DNA of 64,000 nucleotides from a virus: positions 32,001 through 96,000 of IMG/VR virus record IMGVR_UViG_3300000228_000004. The stretch is one strand, 5' to 3'. The notes under the pieces were generated by a model. The model did no database searches. It saw only the letters and a program-made list of their open reading frames with translations, and was not told the DNA's origin. Below, piece by piece: positions 48,578 through 58,090 of the stretch (position 1 is the first letter of the stretch; each line of letters starts with the position of its first letter). The position numbers and the translations under genes were made by a program.

Positions 48578-48946
48578 TTAATTGTGGTCGGGTGGTATTG
48601 AACCGACTGGTCTATATGCGCGAAATGAAAACCTTCAAAGCACCTACACAATTCCAACATTCAATAAATACCGTATTTGATTAATTATTTAATCACCTTA
48701 TTATGTATACAAGTAGTATACCTAACTTTCACTTAAAAACACCTTAAATCCAAACCTTTTTAAAAATGTTCTTCATTTTTTTAAACAAATCTGGGGTATT
48801 GAAGTCTGTTCGATATTCAACCCCTATTTTATTCTCGCTCAAACCAACTTCAAAGTCAGATTTTTTCATAGAACTTTCGTTTATTATTTTTTCAGTATCG
48901 AATATTTCTGATAATTGAGAACCTTTTATATTCAGGGTATGTTTTT

Positions 48947-50554
48947 TCATGCCTTATCCTCAAATATAGCAACTTCTGTTGTTAATAACATACCAGCAAT
49001 AGAACTAGCATTAATAAGGGCAATTCTTTCGACCTTCAATGGGTCAATGACCCCTGAGTCAAAAAAGTTTTCAATTTTCCCAGTAGAAGCATTAAAACCG
49101 TACTCCCACTGATTTTCGCCCCCGTAATCCATAACATCTGAAGATATATCCAATATTTCATCATAAGAATATCCAGCATTATCTAAAATCGTTTTGAAAG
49201 GGGATAATATAGATTCAAATATGACTTGTTTCCCTCTTTCTTCATCTGAAAGTTCTCTTTCTAATGACCCTAAACCATCCATTAGGGACAATGAAGCATG
49301 GAAGAACGCGCTACCTCCCCCAACTACTATCCCCTCTGAAATTGCCGATTTAGTGGCTTCAACGGCATCATCAAATCTATCTTTTTTCTCTGACATTTCA
49401 AATTCTGTTTGCGCGCCAACTTTTATGGTCGCAGCCCCTCCAGATAATCTAGAAATCCTTGTTTTTATTTGGTTTTTGAGTTCCCCATCATCCATATTCT
49501 GAACTTGAAGTTTGAGACCATCAATCGTCAAATTTATGATTTCTTTATCTCCGCCACCATTCACTATAACGGTGCTCTGTGAATTTATGATAACCTTCTT
49601 AGCCTGCCCTAGATCATTTAAATCAACTGATGCTAGAACTTTACCAGAACTATCGGAAACCAACGAAGCCCCTGTGGTTAAACAAATATCTTTCAAGAGT
49701 TCTTCTTTCATAGAACCAAAACCAGGAGCTTTCACGGGGTACACTTCGAGTATCCCCCTCATTTTATTGACTACGATAGATGAAAGAGCTTCGCCCTCTA
49801 TCTCGTCAGCTATGATAAGCAAAGGTCTTTGGGTTTTCTGAACCTTTTCTAGTATAGGGAGAATATTTATCAATTGTGAAATCTTTCCGTCGGTCACTAA
49901 AATGAACGGGTCTTCAAGTTCGGCTCTGTTTCTTTCTTGGTTAGTGATGAAATGTGGGGAAAGAAACCCTCTTCTAAATTCCATTCCTTCCGTTATTACG
50001 AGCTCATCTTTAACCCCAGTGTTTTCTTCAACTGTTATAATACCATCTTTCCCGACTGCTAGGATGGCGTCAGAAATTATTTTTCCTATTTCAATATCAC
50101 CATTCGCGGATATAGTAGCAACATTGATAATATCCCCATCTTTTATTTCTCTTGATTTTTCTATTATGAAATTTATGACATCTTTAACCGCTTGATCCAT
50201 CCCTCTTTTCAATGAATTTGGGTCTACTCCTTCATCAACCGCACTTAAACCATTTTTGAAAATTTCATTGACGAGCACAGTAGATGTAGTTGTCCCATCA
50301 CCAGCTTCGAACGCGGTATTTGAGGAAACCTCTTTCACGATTTGGGCACCCATGTCTTGTAGTTTATCTTTTAAAAAAACTTGTTGGGCGACACTGACCC
50401 CATCTTTCGTGAGGTATGGTCTTTTCCCTTCTTCGTGGATGAGTACATTTCTCCCTTTCGGACCCATAGTTACTTTAACCGCGTCACAAAGGCTTTCTAT
50501 ACCCTGAGCTATTTTATTCCTAGCACTTTCCCCGAAAACTATTTCTTTAGACAT
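48947..50554 (-). CDS. groEL: Chaperonin GroEL
   Basis: VKVTMGPKGRNV, TKDGVSVA, AGDGTTT, VKAPGFG, GIVVGGG; lacks the GGM tail. Confidence 0.96.
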   Translation of the reverse strand: MSKEIVFGESARNKIAQGIESLCDAVKVTMGPKGRNVLIHEEGKRPYLTKDGVSVAQQVFLKDKLQDMGAQIVKEVSSNTAFEAGDGTTTSTVLVNEIFKNGLSAVDEGVDPNSLKRGMDQAVKDVINFIIEKSREIKDGDIINVATISANGDIEIGKIISDAILAVGKDGIITVEENTGVKDELVITEGMEFRRGFLSPHFITNQERNRAELEDPFILVTDGKISQLINILPILEKVQKTQRPLLIIADEIEGEALSSIVVNKMRGILEVYPVKAPGFGSMKEELLKDICLTTGASLVSDSSGKVLASVDLNDLGQAKKVIINSQSTVIVNGGGDKEIINLTIDGLKLQVQNMDDGELKNQIKTRISRLSGGAATIKVGAQTEFEMSEKKDRFDDAVEATKSAISEGIVVGGGSAFFHASLSLMDGLGSLERELSDEERGKQVIFESILSPFKTILDNAGYSYDEILDISSDVMDYGGENQWEYGFNASTGKIENFFDSGVIDPLKVERIALINASSIAGMLLTTEVAIFEDKA

Positions 50555-50828
50555 TCTCTAACACCCCTAATATATTAATTTCTTGAAGAATAACGATCTC
50601 TTCACCTTCTACCGTGATCTTATGCCCACCGTGCGTTTCATAATAAATCTCATCACCGACTTTCACTTTAGTGACTTCGTCCCCGATTGATAAAATAGTT
50701 GCTTTTGTGGTTTTTTCAGTACCTGAATTAGAGCTTTCTGTTTGAAGAACAATACCAGATTCAGTGATACTTTCTTTTTCGAAAGTCTGTGCTTTAATAA
50801 TTACTCTGTTACCAATTGGTTTTATCAT
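50547..50828 (-). CDS. groES: Co-chaperonin GroES
   Basis: IKPIGNRV, TESGIVL, VKVGD, ILGV. Confidence 0.93.
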   Translation of the reverse strand: MIKPIGNRVIIKAQTFEKESITESGIVLQTESSNSGTEKTTKATILSIGDEVTKVKVGDEIYYETHGGHKITVEGEEIVILQEINILGVLENV

Positions 50829-51079
50829 ATAAACTCCTCGTTGTGTGAGTTTATTATACCATTAATACCTTAATTGTAACTTAACAATACGAGAACGATA
50901 AATGGGGGATTAAAATGCGGGAATATATTTATTCATCAATTGTGAAATAAACTCTATATAAATCTTTTTGAAGATCTCTAAGAATCAATTAGGTGAAAGT
51001 TCCTTAAGTGAACCACCTGGACCAATATCGTGATATTGTTTCTCTTTAAACAAATCCATAGAATTCATCCCTTTTATTC

Positions 51080-51167
51080 TGGTGCACCCACTCGGACTCG
51101 AACCGAGACTCTCTTTCGAGAAGTGGATTTTAAGTCCACTGCGGCTACCTGATTACGCCATGAGTGC
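51080..51167 (-). tRNA. tRNA-Leu(TAA)
   Basis: Cloverleaf, GTGGA-CTTAAAA-TCCAC, long variable arm, CCA. Confidence 0.92.
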
Positions 51168-51499
51168 ATAGTAACTTTCACATTGATTGGTATTCTTTTC
51201 TATGCCCAAATACCTTGTAAAATGTAAGTATGTTCTATGGGCAACTTACAAGTTTTTGAAAATTATACTTTACTAACCTACTTATCAGTATTTGCAACTA
51301 CTTCAAAGCGTAACCACACAGGAGTCCAGGACAGGTTTATTTTTTCAGTGTCTATTCAAACACTCTGCTCTTGATATTACAGGTATAATTTTTATTTTAA
51401 GAGTTTTATCTCTTGAGTCTGATAGTGTTTGGGTATAAACCCCTCTCGCATAACTCATAAAAATCTTCAATGGAAACTTTTATGAATTATTTTTAATTT

Positions 51500-51574
51500 T
51501 GGTTGCTCGTTGTGGATTTGAACCACATTATAAGAGCTTATGAGACTCCCCCAGATACCTACCTGCCACCAGCT
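51500..51574 (-). tRNA. Atypical tRNA with CAT anticodon (fMet-like or degenerate)
   Basis: CTCATAA loop, TTCAAAT T-loop, CCA; 1:72 and 5:68 mismatches. Confidence 0.6.
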
Positions 51575-51820
51575 ATAATATAATCTAACTTTAGTTTCCT
51601 GTTACACTCAGTATTTAGACCAAGTTCAGTGGTATTTCAACCATTGTTAGATGTTGTTCTCAATTTTCTCGAGTATTCGCGTTACCTACATGATACGAAA
51701 TAAATCACGATTGTTTTTGATTTACAACAAACCTTTAACACTTGAAACACCTATGTGATAGAAATATTCTGTAGTATAATAGGCGTTTCAAGTACTAAAT
51801 TGTTTGAACTTCATATTTTT

Positions 51821-51895
51821 TGGTTGGTCGTATAGGATTCGAACCTACAACCATTCCGTTATGAGCGGAATGCTCTACCATTGAGCTAACGACCA
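51821..51895 (-). tRNA. tRNA with CAT anticodon (Met or Ile2)
   Basis: Perfect cloverleaf, TTCCG-CTCATAA-CGGAA, CCA. Confidence 0.9.
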
Positions 51896-51933
51896 ATAAA
51901 CACCAAGGTTCTTTTATATAGCGTCGTCTTGGT

Positions 51934-52236
51934 TTACCAACGCTGTTTATTTTTATAATTTTTTTCTGCTATTTCTAATTTACCGTAAAACTCTTCATTA
52001 TCTTTTTCTAGATTTATATTAATGATATGGTATCGTAAATTACCAATATATTCTAATACTTTTTCCTTACTTTGATTAATAAGCACTTGCTCTAATTCTA
52101 GTAACTTGTTTTGTTTATCTTTTTCATATCTTTTCTTTTCAAGAAGAAAAAATAATATGAATAGTGAAGAAGAAGCCACTAATATACCAGAAAAGTATAA
52201 TAAAAATAAGTTTCCTGTTTGTACTAAAATTCCCAT
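51934..52236 (-). CDS. Small membrane-anchored hypothetical protein
   Basis: N-terminal hydrophobic helix. Confidence 0.45.
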   Translation of the reverse strand: MGILVQTGNLFLLYFSGILVASSSLFILFFLLEKKRYEKDKQNKLLELEQVLINQSKEKVLEYIGNLRYHIININLEKDNEEFYGKLEIAEKNYKNKQRW

Positions 52237-52377
52237 ACATTTTCTTTCGTAATCAGATTTTTAAGTTTGTTAGTATTTTCTATGGTCAACTAACATTTTT
52301 TAAAAGACAAGTATATTCTATGCCCACCTTGTTTTCTGGGCAATAATTAAACTCTACATTCCGCACCAATTCAATCA

Positions 52378-52473
52378 TTAACTCCAAAAAAGCCTACAAT
52401 ACTCCAATCCTAAGATGCCTTGCGCAAGGTCTACGCAGGTTTGCCGGAGTGACTATAAGCTTTTTGGAATTAA
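52378..52473 (-). ncRNA. Candidate long-hairpin ncRNA A (promoter 52517-52551)
   Basis: Imperfect ~22-bp outer stem, ACTCCGG/TTGGAGT, CCTTGCGCAAGG apex. Confidence 0.55.
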
Positions 52474-52561
52474 CAATGGGTGGTAAAATAACATAAGGTT
52501 TAATCCTTATATGTTATATTATACCGTAAGTAAGCTTAAAACTCACTTAAACTCGGTAATT

Positions 52562-52692
52562 AACAACTAAGTTTCATTAAGTTCTTTTTCCTTCCGAACG
52601 CTCACGGTTGCCCACACGGACACATACCTCTCTTGGGCATTACCTCGGTCTTACTTCTCAAGAGTATAAGAACTTAATGAAACTTAGTTGTT
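52562..52692 (-). ncRNA. Candidate ncRNA B (promoter 52702-52736)
   Basis: Perfect 25-bp closing stem around a GC-rich core with CTCTTG/CAAGAG and TGCCCA/TGGGCA pairings. Confidence 0.6.
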
Positions 52693-52759
52693 TATTACTT
52701 ATATTATACCCTAAGTAATCTTAAAGCTCACTTAAAATATTGTATATATTTCATAAAAA

Positions 52760-52837
52760 TAACTCTAAAAAATTATCTTGCCACGGTCATTATAGAGGCT
52801 TCGGAGGTTTTAACCTCTAGATATTTTTTTAGAGTTA
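52760..52837 (-). ncRNA. Candidate ncRNA C
   Basis: ~19-bp closing stem with an internal TAGAGG/CCTCTA helix. Confidence 0.45.
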
Positions 52838-52838
52838 A

Positions 52839-52925
52839 TGGTGAGTCTGGGTGGAGTTGAACCACCATCTCCTTTTGGGAGCACACGCATTAAGATATCC
52901 TTTTACAGACACCCATTCTAGACTC
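52839..52925 (-). ncRNA. tRNA-like RNA without a recognisable anticodon arm (promoter 52971-53005)
   Basis: Acceptor GAGTCT/AGACTC+A+CCA and T-arm GGTGG-TTCAACT-CCACC; the interior does not form D or anticodon arms. Confidence 0.6.
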
Positions 52926-53036
52926 ATAATTTACAGAACTTAAAGGTCTAATGCCACCATTTATATGTTATATTATACCGTAAGTAAGCTTAAAGCTCGC
53001 TTAAATTTCAATAATATTGAATTTTCATGTAATAAT

Positions 53037-53816
53037 TTAATTTATATCGATTTTTTCAATTTCAGTTGAAGTAACATACCCTGAAAATTTGAATCCCAAT
53101 TTTTCTATTTCATTCACGAAGGGGGTATAGTCCATTGAATCATCGTCTTGACCGGAAATTTTAACTATCTTAACTTCTCGCACTTTCACCTCGTGTAATA
53201 AAAATTCATCACTACTCCAAACTTTACTGGTCTTTTTTGAGATTGACGCCCTTATTTTTTCTATGAGTTCCTTCGTGATAATTTTTTTAGATTCATCCAT
53301 ATACCACTTCATAAATTGAGCCTTTCCCGTACCGTCGAGTTTTTTTGAGGCTGACCCAATACTAAATCGGTCTTCCACACCGAAATATTCCATCATCTTT
53401 TTATTCATGGGTACAGTGAACTCATTATTTATCACATAATCCTTTTCAGTCATAATTGGATTAAGCCATTTATAACCGCTCCTTGATAATTGAGAATTGA
53501 AATCGGTACCAGCATCAAACGAAGATACACCAGAAACAGATACTAAGAACCGAGCTTGTCTTCTGGCGCCAGTAGAAATACCCTCGCCACCACGCTTGAA
53601 AACTGAAATAGTTTTCTTTTGACCAATTAAGCCCTTTAAAGTTATCAATCCTTCTATATCGGTCACATGGTACGCTAATTCGACTGGTTTATTGAAATCT
53701 CTCATTATAGTCTGAGTTAGTGGTAAAAAGCCATGAGACGCCATTTCCCATTCTTTCATCGCTGATTTATTGTCTATATATCTTTCAAATACGGTATTTA
53801 TGGCTTGTCTGAACAT
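53037..53816 (-). CDS. Hypothetical protein, possible ADP-ribosyltransferase fold
   Basis: YHVT...ISVF...DEFLL spacing; paralogous to 54826..55612. Confidence 0.55.
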   Translation of the reverse strand: MFRQAINTVFERYIDNKSAMKEWEMASHGFLPLTQTIMRDFNKPVELAYHVTDIEGLITLKGLIGQKKTISVFKRGGEGISTGARRQARFLVSVSGVSSFDAGTDFNSQLSRSGYKWLNPIMTEKDYVINNEFTVPMNKKMMEYFGVEDRFSIGSASKKLDGTGKAQFMKWYMDESKKIITKELIEKIRASISKKTSKVWSSDEFLLHEVKVREVKIVKISGQDDDSMDYTPFVNEIEKLGFKFSGYVTSTEIEKIDIN

Positions 53817-54060
53817 ATAGTCCCCTCTTAATGATTTTCAAAAATTACAAAGTAGTATTCTCTGAAAATGATTAAAGAATTGTGACCCTCAAGGATCTTT
53901 TTTTACATATAATCGCATAAAATTTTCCTCTGAAGAGAAATAGGGTCTTGTTTCAACCCTCGAAATTTTAATTGACCATATTTGTTGTCCACTTGCAAGG
54001 TTTCGACTACTCATCGTGACTCCTTTAGTTCTGGAAATGTGTAGCATGCTACGGAAATAT

Positions 54061-54240
54061 TTAATTTGTTTTTTCAGAGATAATGTAAATTATGAGATTA
54101 TCGAATATACTAAATGTATCTATTATATACGCAGTAGATAGGATCGTAATTTGAGAGTTTTTCTTGGGTAGTTGGTACTGTTCCTCTTCGGTGTATTCAA
54201 AGATAGTTTTACCATTTAGGGAAAATTTTAAAGTATACAA
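54061..54240 (-). CDS. 59-aa hypothetical protein (TTG start) missed by the ORF track
   Basis: Hand translation MYTLKFSLNGKTIFEY...; GAGG upstream. Confidence 0.4.
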   Translation of the reverse strand: MYTLKFSLNGKTIFEYTEEEQYQLPKKNSQITILSTAYIIDTFSIFDNLIIYIISEKTN

Positions 54241-54342
54241 AGTATCATACCTCTTTTTTAGAGGTATTTAACGCACGGTAAGATTCCGTGAACATGTACG
54301 CAATAAGCCCACCGCCATAGGTTTCCGTGAACATATTTCGTT

Positions 54343-54822
54343 TCAAACCTTCAACAAACGGTCTGCGACATGCGATGCTGCCCAAGCTTCTGGTTTTACT
54401 TTCGGGGTAATCCCATTTACACCCTTAATGTACCCGATAGCCTGATGTAACGCGACTGAAGAGCCATGCATTATATTCGGATTAATATCCAAATGAACTT
54501 CAAAATACCTACCTTTCAACACATCGGATAACTGGGTCACGATAGATGAAACTTTAAAAACTTCATTCATCATTCTTAACGATGGGCGACCAGGATCTTT
54601 ATCAAAATCTCTTTCAAATGAGACTTCCCCGAAAATTTTATTGTTGTCTTTTTCATAAACAACTATCGCCGTAACAAATCTCGCATGCCAATGACCACCC
54701 TTCCTGAATTTTTGGCTGTCGCACCCAAGATATATTTTCGCAGATGGGTTGTCTTTTATATAATCAATAACTTCTTTTAAGTTTATTTTAAATTCTTTTG
54801 AGTTTATTTTTCTAGTTTTCAA
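54343..54822 (-). CDS. RNase H-like YkuK/DUF458 family protein
   Basis: IYLGCDSQ, RMMNEV, EVHLDIN, KPEAWAASHVAD. Confidence 0.8.
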   Translation of the reverse strand: MKTRKINSKEFKINLKEVIDYIKDNPSAKIYLGCDSQKFRKGGHWHARFVTAIVVYEKDNNKIFGEVSFERDFDKDPGRPSLRMMNEVFKVSSIVTQLSDVLKGRYFEVHLDINPNIMHGSSVALHQAIGYIKGVNGITPKVKPEAWAASHVADRLLKV

Positions 54823-54825
54823 TTT

Positions 54826-55612
54826 TCATTCCTCTATTGTCAATTCACTTAGTCCCCTAGAAGGAAATATTCCAGCGTATTTGATATCATTTTTTTCACA
54901 GAAAGACCGTATTTTACCATTGTCTGAATTCAAAGAATATACACTATCGATTTTGAATTTAGTTAAAATGACCTCATTGTATTTCATTTCTGCCGCATTA
55001 TCCAAGAATTTTTGAAGTTCTTTGTAACCTCCGCCATCAATCCATTTTTCTATTTTTTTGAAATACGACTTTTGAAATTCTAATTGTTGCTTGACAGGAA
55101 GATTTTTTATTTTTTGTAAAACCAATTCTTCTGTTTGATCCTGTGGTGAAAAATCAACCCCAAATTCTTTAAAAATAGAAGTTATGACACCATCAATGGA
55201 AAATGTGAGTTTGAACTTACTAGCTCTTTCAGGTGAATCGTGGTTTATCCACCTTACACCATTTTCATCGACAGTAGTCCAAATATCACTTTTCCCCGTA
55301 TTACTTCTGTTCCAGTAAGAACGGTTAGGCAGTTTGGTTGGGACGGTAATCGAGCCAACTCAGGACCTCCAACGGTGAAAGTAGATATTTGCGCATTTGT
55401 TTTAGAAATATTTTTGAGAGTTTCGAGGTGAACCTCATTCGTAAGATGAAAACTCTTGACTCCTTCTTGAGAATACCCTAATCTTTTCATCATCGGTAAA
55501 AAAGAGGAATTGCTCTATTAGAAATCAAAGTATTATAGCCCCTTTTCATACCAGCGATTTTACTTAACTCTTCTTTTAAATATTGAATACTCTTTATAGC
55601 TTCTTTAATCAA
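54826..55612 (-). CDS. Paralogue of 53037..53816, broken by two homopolymer frameshifts (~55500, ~55270)
   Basis: Rebuilt MIKEAIK...IPL..PMMKRLGY..FHLT..ISTFT..DIWT..D..G.RW...YNEVIL. Confidence 0.6.
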
Positions 55613-55693
55613 TGAGTAACCTTTCTGCGTTGTTTCTTTTGGGTATTTAACGATTTGAGAATCCATGGGGATAAGTTATATTACATTCAATTG

Positions 55694-55850
55694 CTATCGA
55701 TTTTTCTGAAGATATATCGCACCATCAGGCGGTATAGTATTAAACCCTTATGGATATCCTGGATCGTTCTATGCCGCGTCATCTGTATCTTTGGTATATT
55801 CTAGATAACTTCAGAACCCGTCTTTGATATATCTTCAGAAAAATTGATAG
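55694..55850 (-). ncRNA. Candidate ncRNA D downstream of the tRNA cluster
   Basis: 25-bp near-perfect closing stem (55694-55718 / 55826-55850) around a ~107-nt core. Confidence 0.55.
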
Positions 55851-55956
55851 TTTACTATTTATAACAAACGCTCAAACTTTTTCCATAGGGTAATCGTGGC
55901 TTTCGTACCCAATTATTTGGAACTATTTACGGTGAACGAAAATACACTTTTACTTA

Positions 55957-56033
55957 CGGTACTCCATGAGGGACTCGAACCCCCAATCCAACAGGTCGAA
56001 ACCGATTGCTCTATACATTTGAGCCAATGAAGT
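55957..56033 (-). tRNA. tRNA-Arg(TCG)
   Basis: Cloverleaf, TTTCGAC loop, ends CCG. Confidence 0.75.
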
Positions 56034-56040
56034 ATATATT

Positions 56041-56116
56041 CGGGGTAGATAATGGGAATTGAACCCAGATAACTCGTGCCACAGACAAGGATACTTACCA
56101 TTGTACTATATCCACC
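56041..56116 (-). tRNA. tRNA-His(GTG)
   Basis: G-1:C73, CTGTGGC loop, ends CCG. Confidence 0.85.
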
Positions 56117-56710
56117 ATACATCGTTTATCTTTTTAAGGTAAACCCTTTATTCTTATCTTTAATTTTTATTTCTACTCTATCGTTGAAATGAACTACTCT
56201 GAAATCAATATTTTCTTTCAGACCTTTATTTTTCAAAACTGTTATGAGTTGCTTTTGCTTAAATGTCATAATTGTCCCCCGTCTTATCATCATTTTCCTT
56301 ATATTATTTTTGAGCGAGTGTAACACGGATGAGCTACGCGCGCAAGTTTTGCATGAAGTTCAATACTTCTATTGTCAATTTATTCCCGTCACCATAAGGA
56401 AAGTTTATCTTACCTACTTTAGTGTGACTAGGTTTATATTCGAAATCATAAGAAAACTCATAAATATCGTAAGAACACATTTCACCATTACTTGGAATTC
56501 CGGATGGTTTCGTACGGTGAACGCCGATCTTTGTGAATGGTAAATTATCATTTACCCTTATTTCTATGAACATCATTTTAAACCTTTTTATACTTTTATA
56601 CGAGATAGAGGGTAAAACCCCTCCTCTTCAAATACTTGATTGTTATGATTTCAGTTTCCTTGTTGAACAAGTACTCACACCATTTACCACGGGAAGGTAA
56701 TCAATACAAA

Positions 56711-56786
56711 TGGCAGCCCATAGAGGGATTTGAACCCCCGACCGCTTCATTACAAGTGAAGTGCTCTACCACTGAGCTATGTGGGC
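56711..56786 (-). tRNA. tRNA-Thr(TGT)
   Basis: CTTCA-CTTGTAA-TGAAG, canonical D and T arms. Confidence 0.9.
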
Positions 56787-56834
56787 ATTTGTGCGGTGTT
56801 ATACATCTACGCAAAGAAGTAACCCAATTTATTT

Positions 56835-56909
56835 TGGTTGACGCAGAAGGATTCGAACCTCCAACCTCTTGGTTCAAAACCAAGCATTCTGCCGTTGAAT
56901 TATACGTCA
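56835..56909 (-). tRNA. tRNA-Gln(TTG)
   Basis: CTTGG-TTTTGAA-CCAAG, T1-A72, CCA. Confidence 0.88.
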
Positions 56910-56912
56910 ATA

Positions 56913-56999
56913 TGGAGGAAGATGTGGGTAACGACCCCACTCAGGTTTTACCCAGACTCCGTTTAGCAAACGGGCACATTACCTTTCTGTCAATCTTCC
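56913..56999 (-). tRNA. tRNA-Ser(GCT)
   Basis: TTGCTAA loop, long variable arm, CCA; unusual T-loop GTCGTTA. Confidence 0.85.
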
Positions 57000-57009
57000 A
57001 TTTTTGAAC

Positions 57010-57085
57010 TGGAGCCTGATATCCGATTTGAACGGATAATCTTTCGCTTTGCAGGCGAGTGCTTTGCCAACATAAACTATAGGGG
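57010..57085 (-). tRNA. Degenerate tRNA-Cys(GCA)
   Basis: CTGCAAA loop, T-arm, U73 and CCA, but the 5' acceptor strand pairs poorly. Confidence 0.55.
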
Positions 57086-57097
57086 AATAAACTTTTT

Positions 57098-57171
57098 TGG
57101 TCCTCGGTGAAAGTATCGATCTTTCGTCTAACGCTTATCGGGCGATCGTTCTGCCTTTGAACTAACCGAGG
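57098..57171 (-). tRNA. tRNA-Ile(GAT), atypical
   Basis: CCGATAA loop (C33), T-loop ATCGATA, perfect acceptor, CCA. Confidence 0.75.
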
Positions 57172-57172
57172 A

Positions 57173-57264
57173 TGGAGGAAGATAAGGGATTCGAACCCTT
57201 GGAGCGTTTAACGACCCTCTGGTTTTCAAGACCAGCGCACTCGACCAGACTATGCGAATCTTCC
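57173..57264 (-). tRNA. tRNA-Ser(TGA)
   Basis: CTGGT-CTTGAAA-ACCAG, long variable arm, CCA. Confidence 0.92.
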
Positions 57265-57580
57265 GTTTAAAAAATATCTTTGTACCTGAGCAGGTACTTA
57301 TAAAAAATGTTTTGAGTTATATTTTTTGAACCTAAGAAAGATTCAAGGAGAAATAAAGAACTCATAAGAGCTCTTTATTTAGAAGAGTTCTTATGAAGTC
57401 TAGATATTCCCAGATCTTTGATAATCGTGATTATCAATCAACTTGGTGGATTTCGGGGCACTAATAGATTCATTAGTAATGAAATTCGTATTAAAAATAT
57501 TTTTCGTGTAATATTTCATACAGTGCTCCTTTTATTTGAAGTTATTTAATGTTTAAGTTTAATAACCTTTTAACTTCTAT

Positions 57581-57615
57581 TATTATAGCTGACATTTACT
57601 TAAAGTTAGCTTAAA
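57581..57615 (-). promoter_or_regulatory. Promoter of the tRNA operon
   Basis: TTTAAGCTAACTTTAAGTAAATGTCAGCTATAATA. Confidence 0.7.
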
Positions 57616-57667
57616 TTTTGAAGTTATTTCAATCTTTTGTTACCAACTACCTAGATTTTTGATGAAT

Positions 57668-58003
57668 TTATTCATACTCACCATAAATATCACCGACTTC
57701 TATGATGGCGTTATAATCATCGCTAGAATTTTCTTGCGAAAGTGAATATTGGAACTCACTCCCTATATTTGTTTCGAGAGATTTTTTTATAAAATTAAAA
57801 TCTCCCTTATTTTCCATACCTACAGTGATCACCCAAGCATTATTCCAATAAGCAGGAGATACATCAATAACTTCTACGCCTTTCACCCCTTTCAGGGATC
57901 GTTTGATCCGTTTCACCATTACATTGATACTGGATTTCGCACCCATTTCGACGAAATGGGATGATTTTAATTTTTCTACTATTTCTTTCAACATCGTTTT
58001 CAC
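57668..58003 (-). CDS. Hypothetical protein with an MLKEIVE N-terminus
   Basis: ORF track. Confidence 0.55.
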   Translation of the reverse strand: MKTMLKEIVEKLKSSHFVEMGAKSSINVMVKRIKRSLKGVKGVEVIDVSPAYWNNAWVITVGMENKGDFNFIKKSLETNIGSEFQYSLSQENSSDDYNAIIEVGDIYGEYE

Positions 58004-58090
58004 CTCAACTATTTTATAGTATTCTGAACAATATCAGATTGTTATTGGACACCAAATACTGACGGCGATAATTTCAAATTCGACTAACTT

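Noticed and set aside
48582-48662. Additional tRNA gene upstream of the Y RNA promoter
   Set aside because: Only a weak T-loop-like GGTTCAATACC is present; no convincing acceptor, anticodon arm or CCA.
53830-54340. Large ncRNA in the apparent 500-bp gap
   Set aside because: It is explained by two small ORFs with RBSs, one with a homopolymer frameshift.
55913-56940. Minus-strand ORFs 55913..56122 and 56701..56940 (also 47946..48137)
   Set aside because: They overlap tRNA or Y RNA genes and are better explained as RNA.
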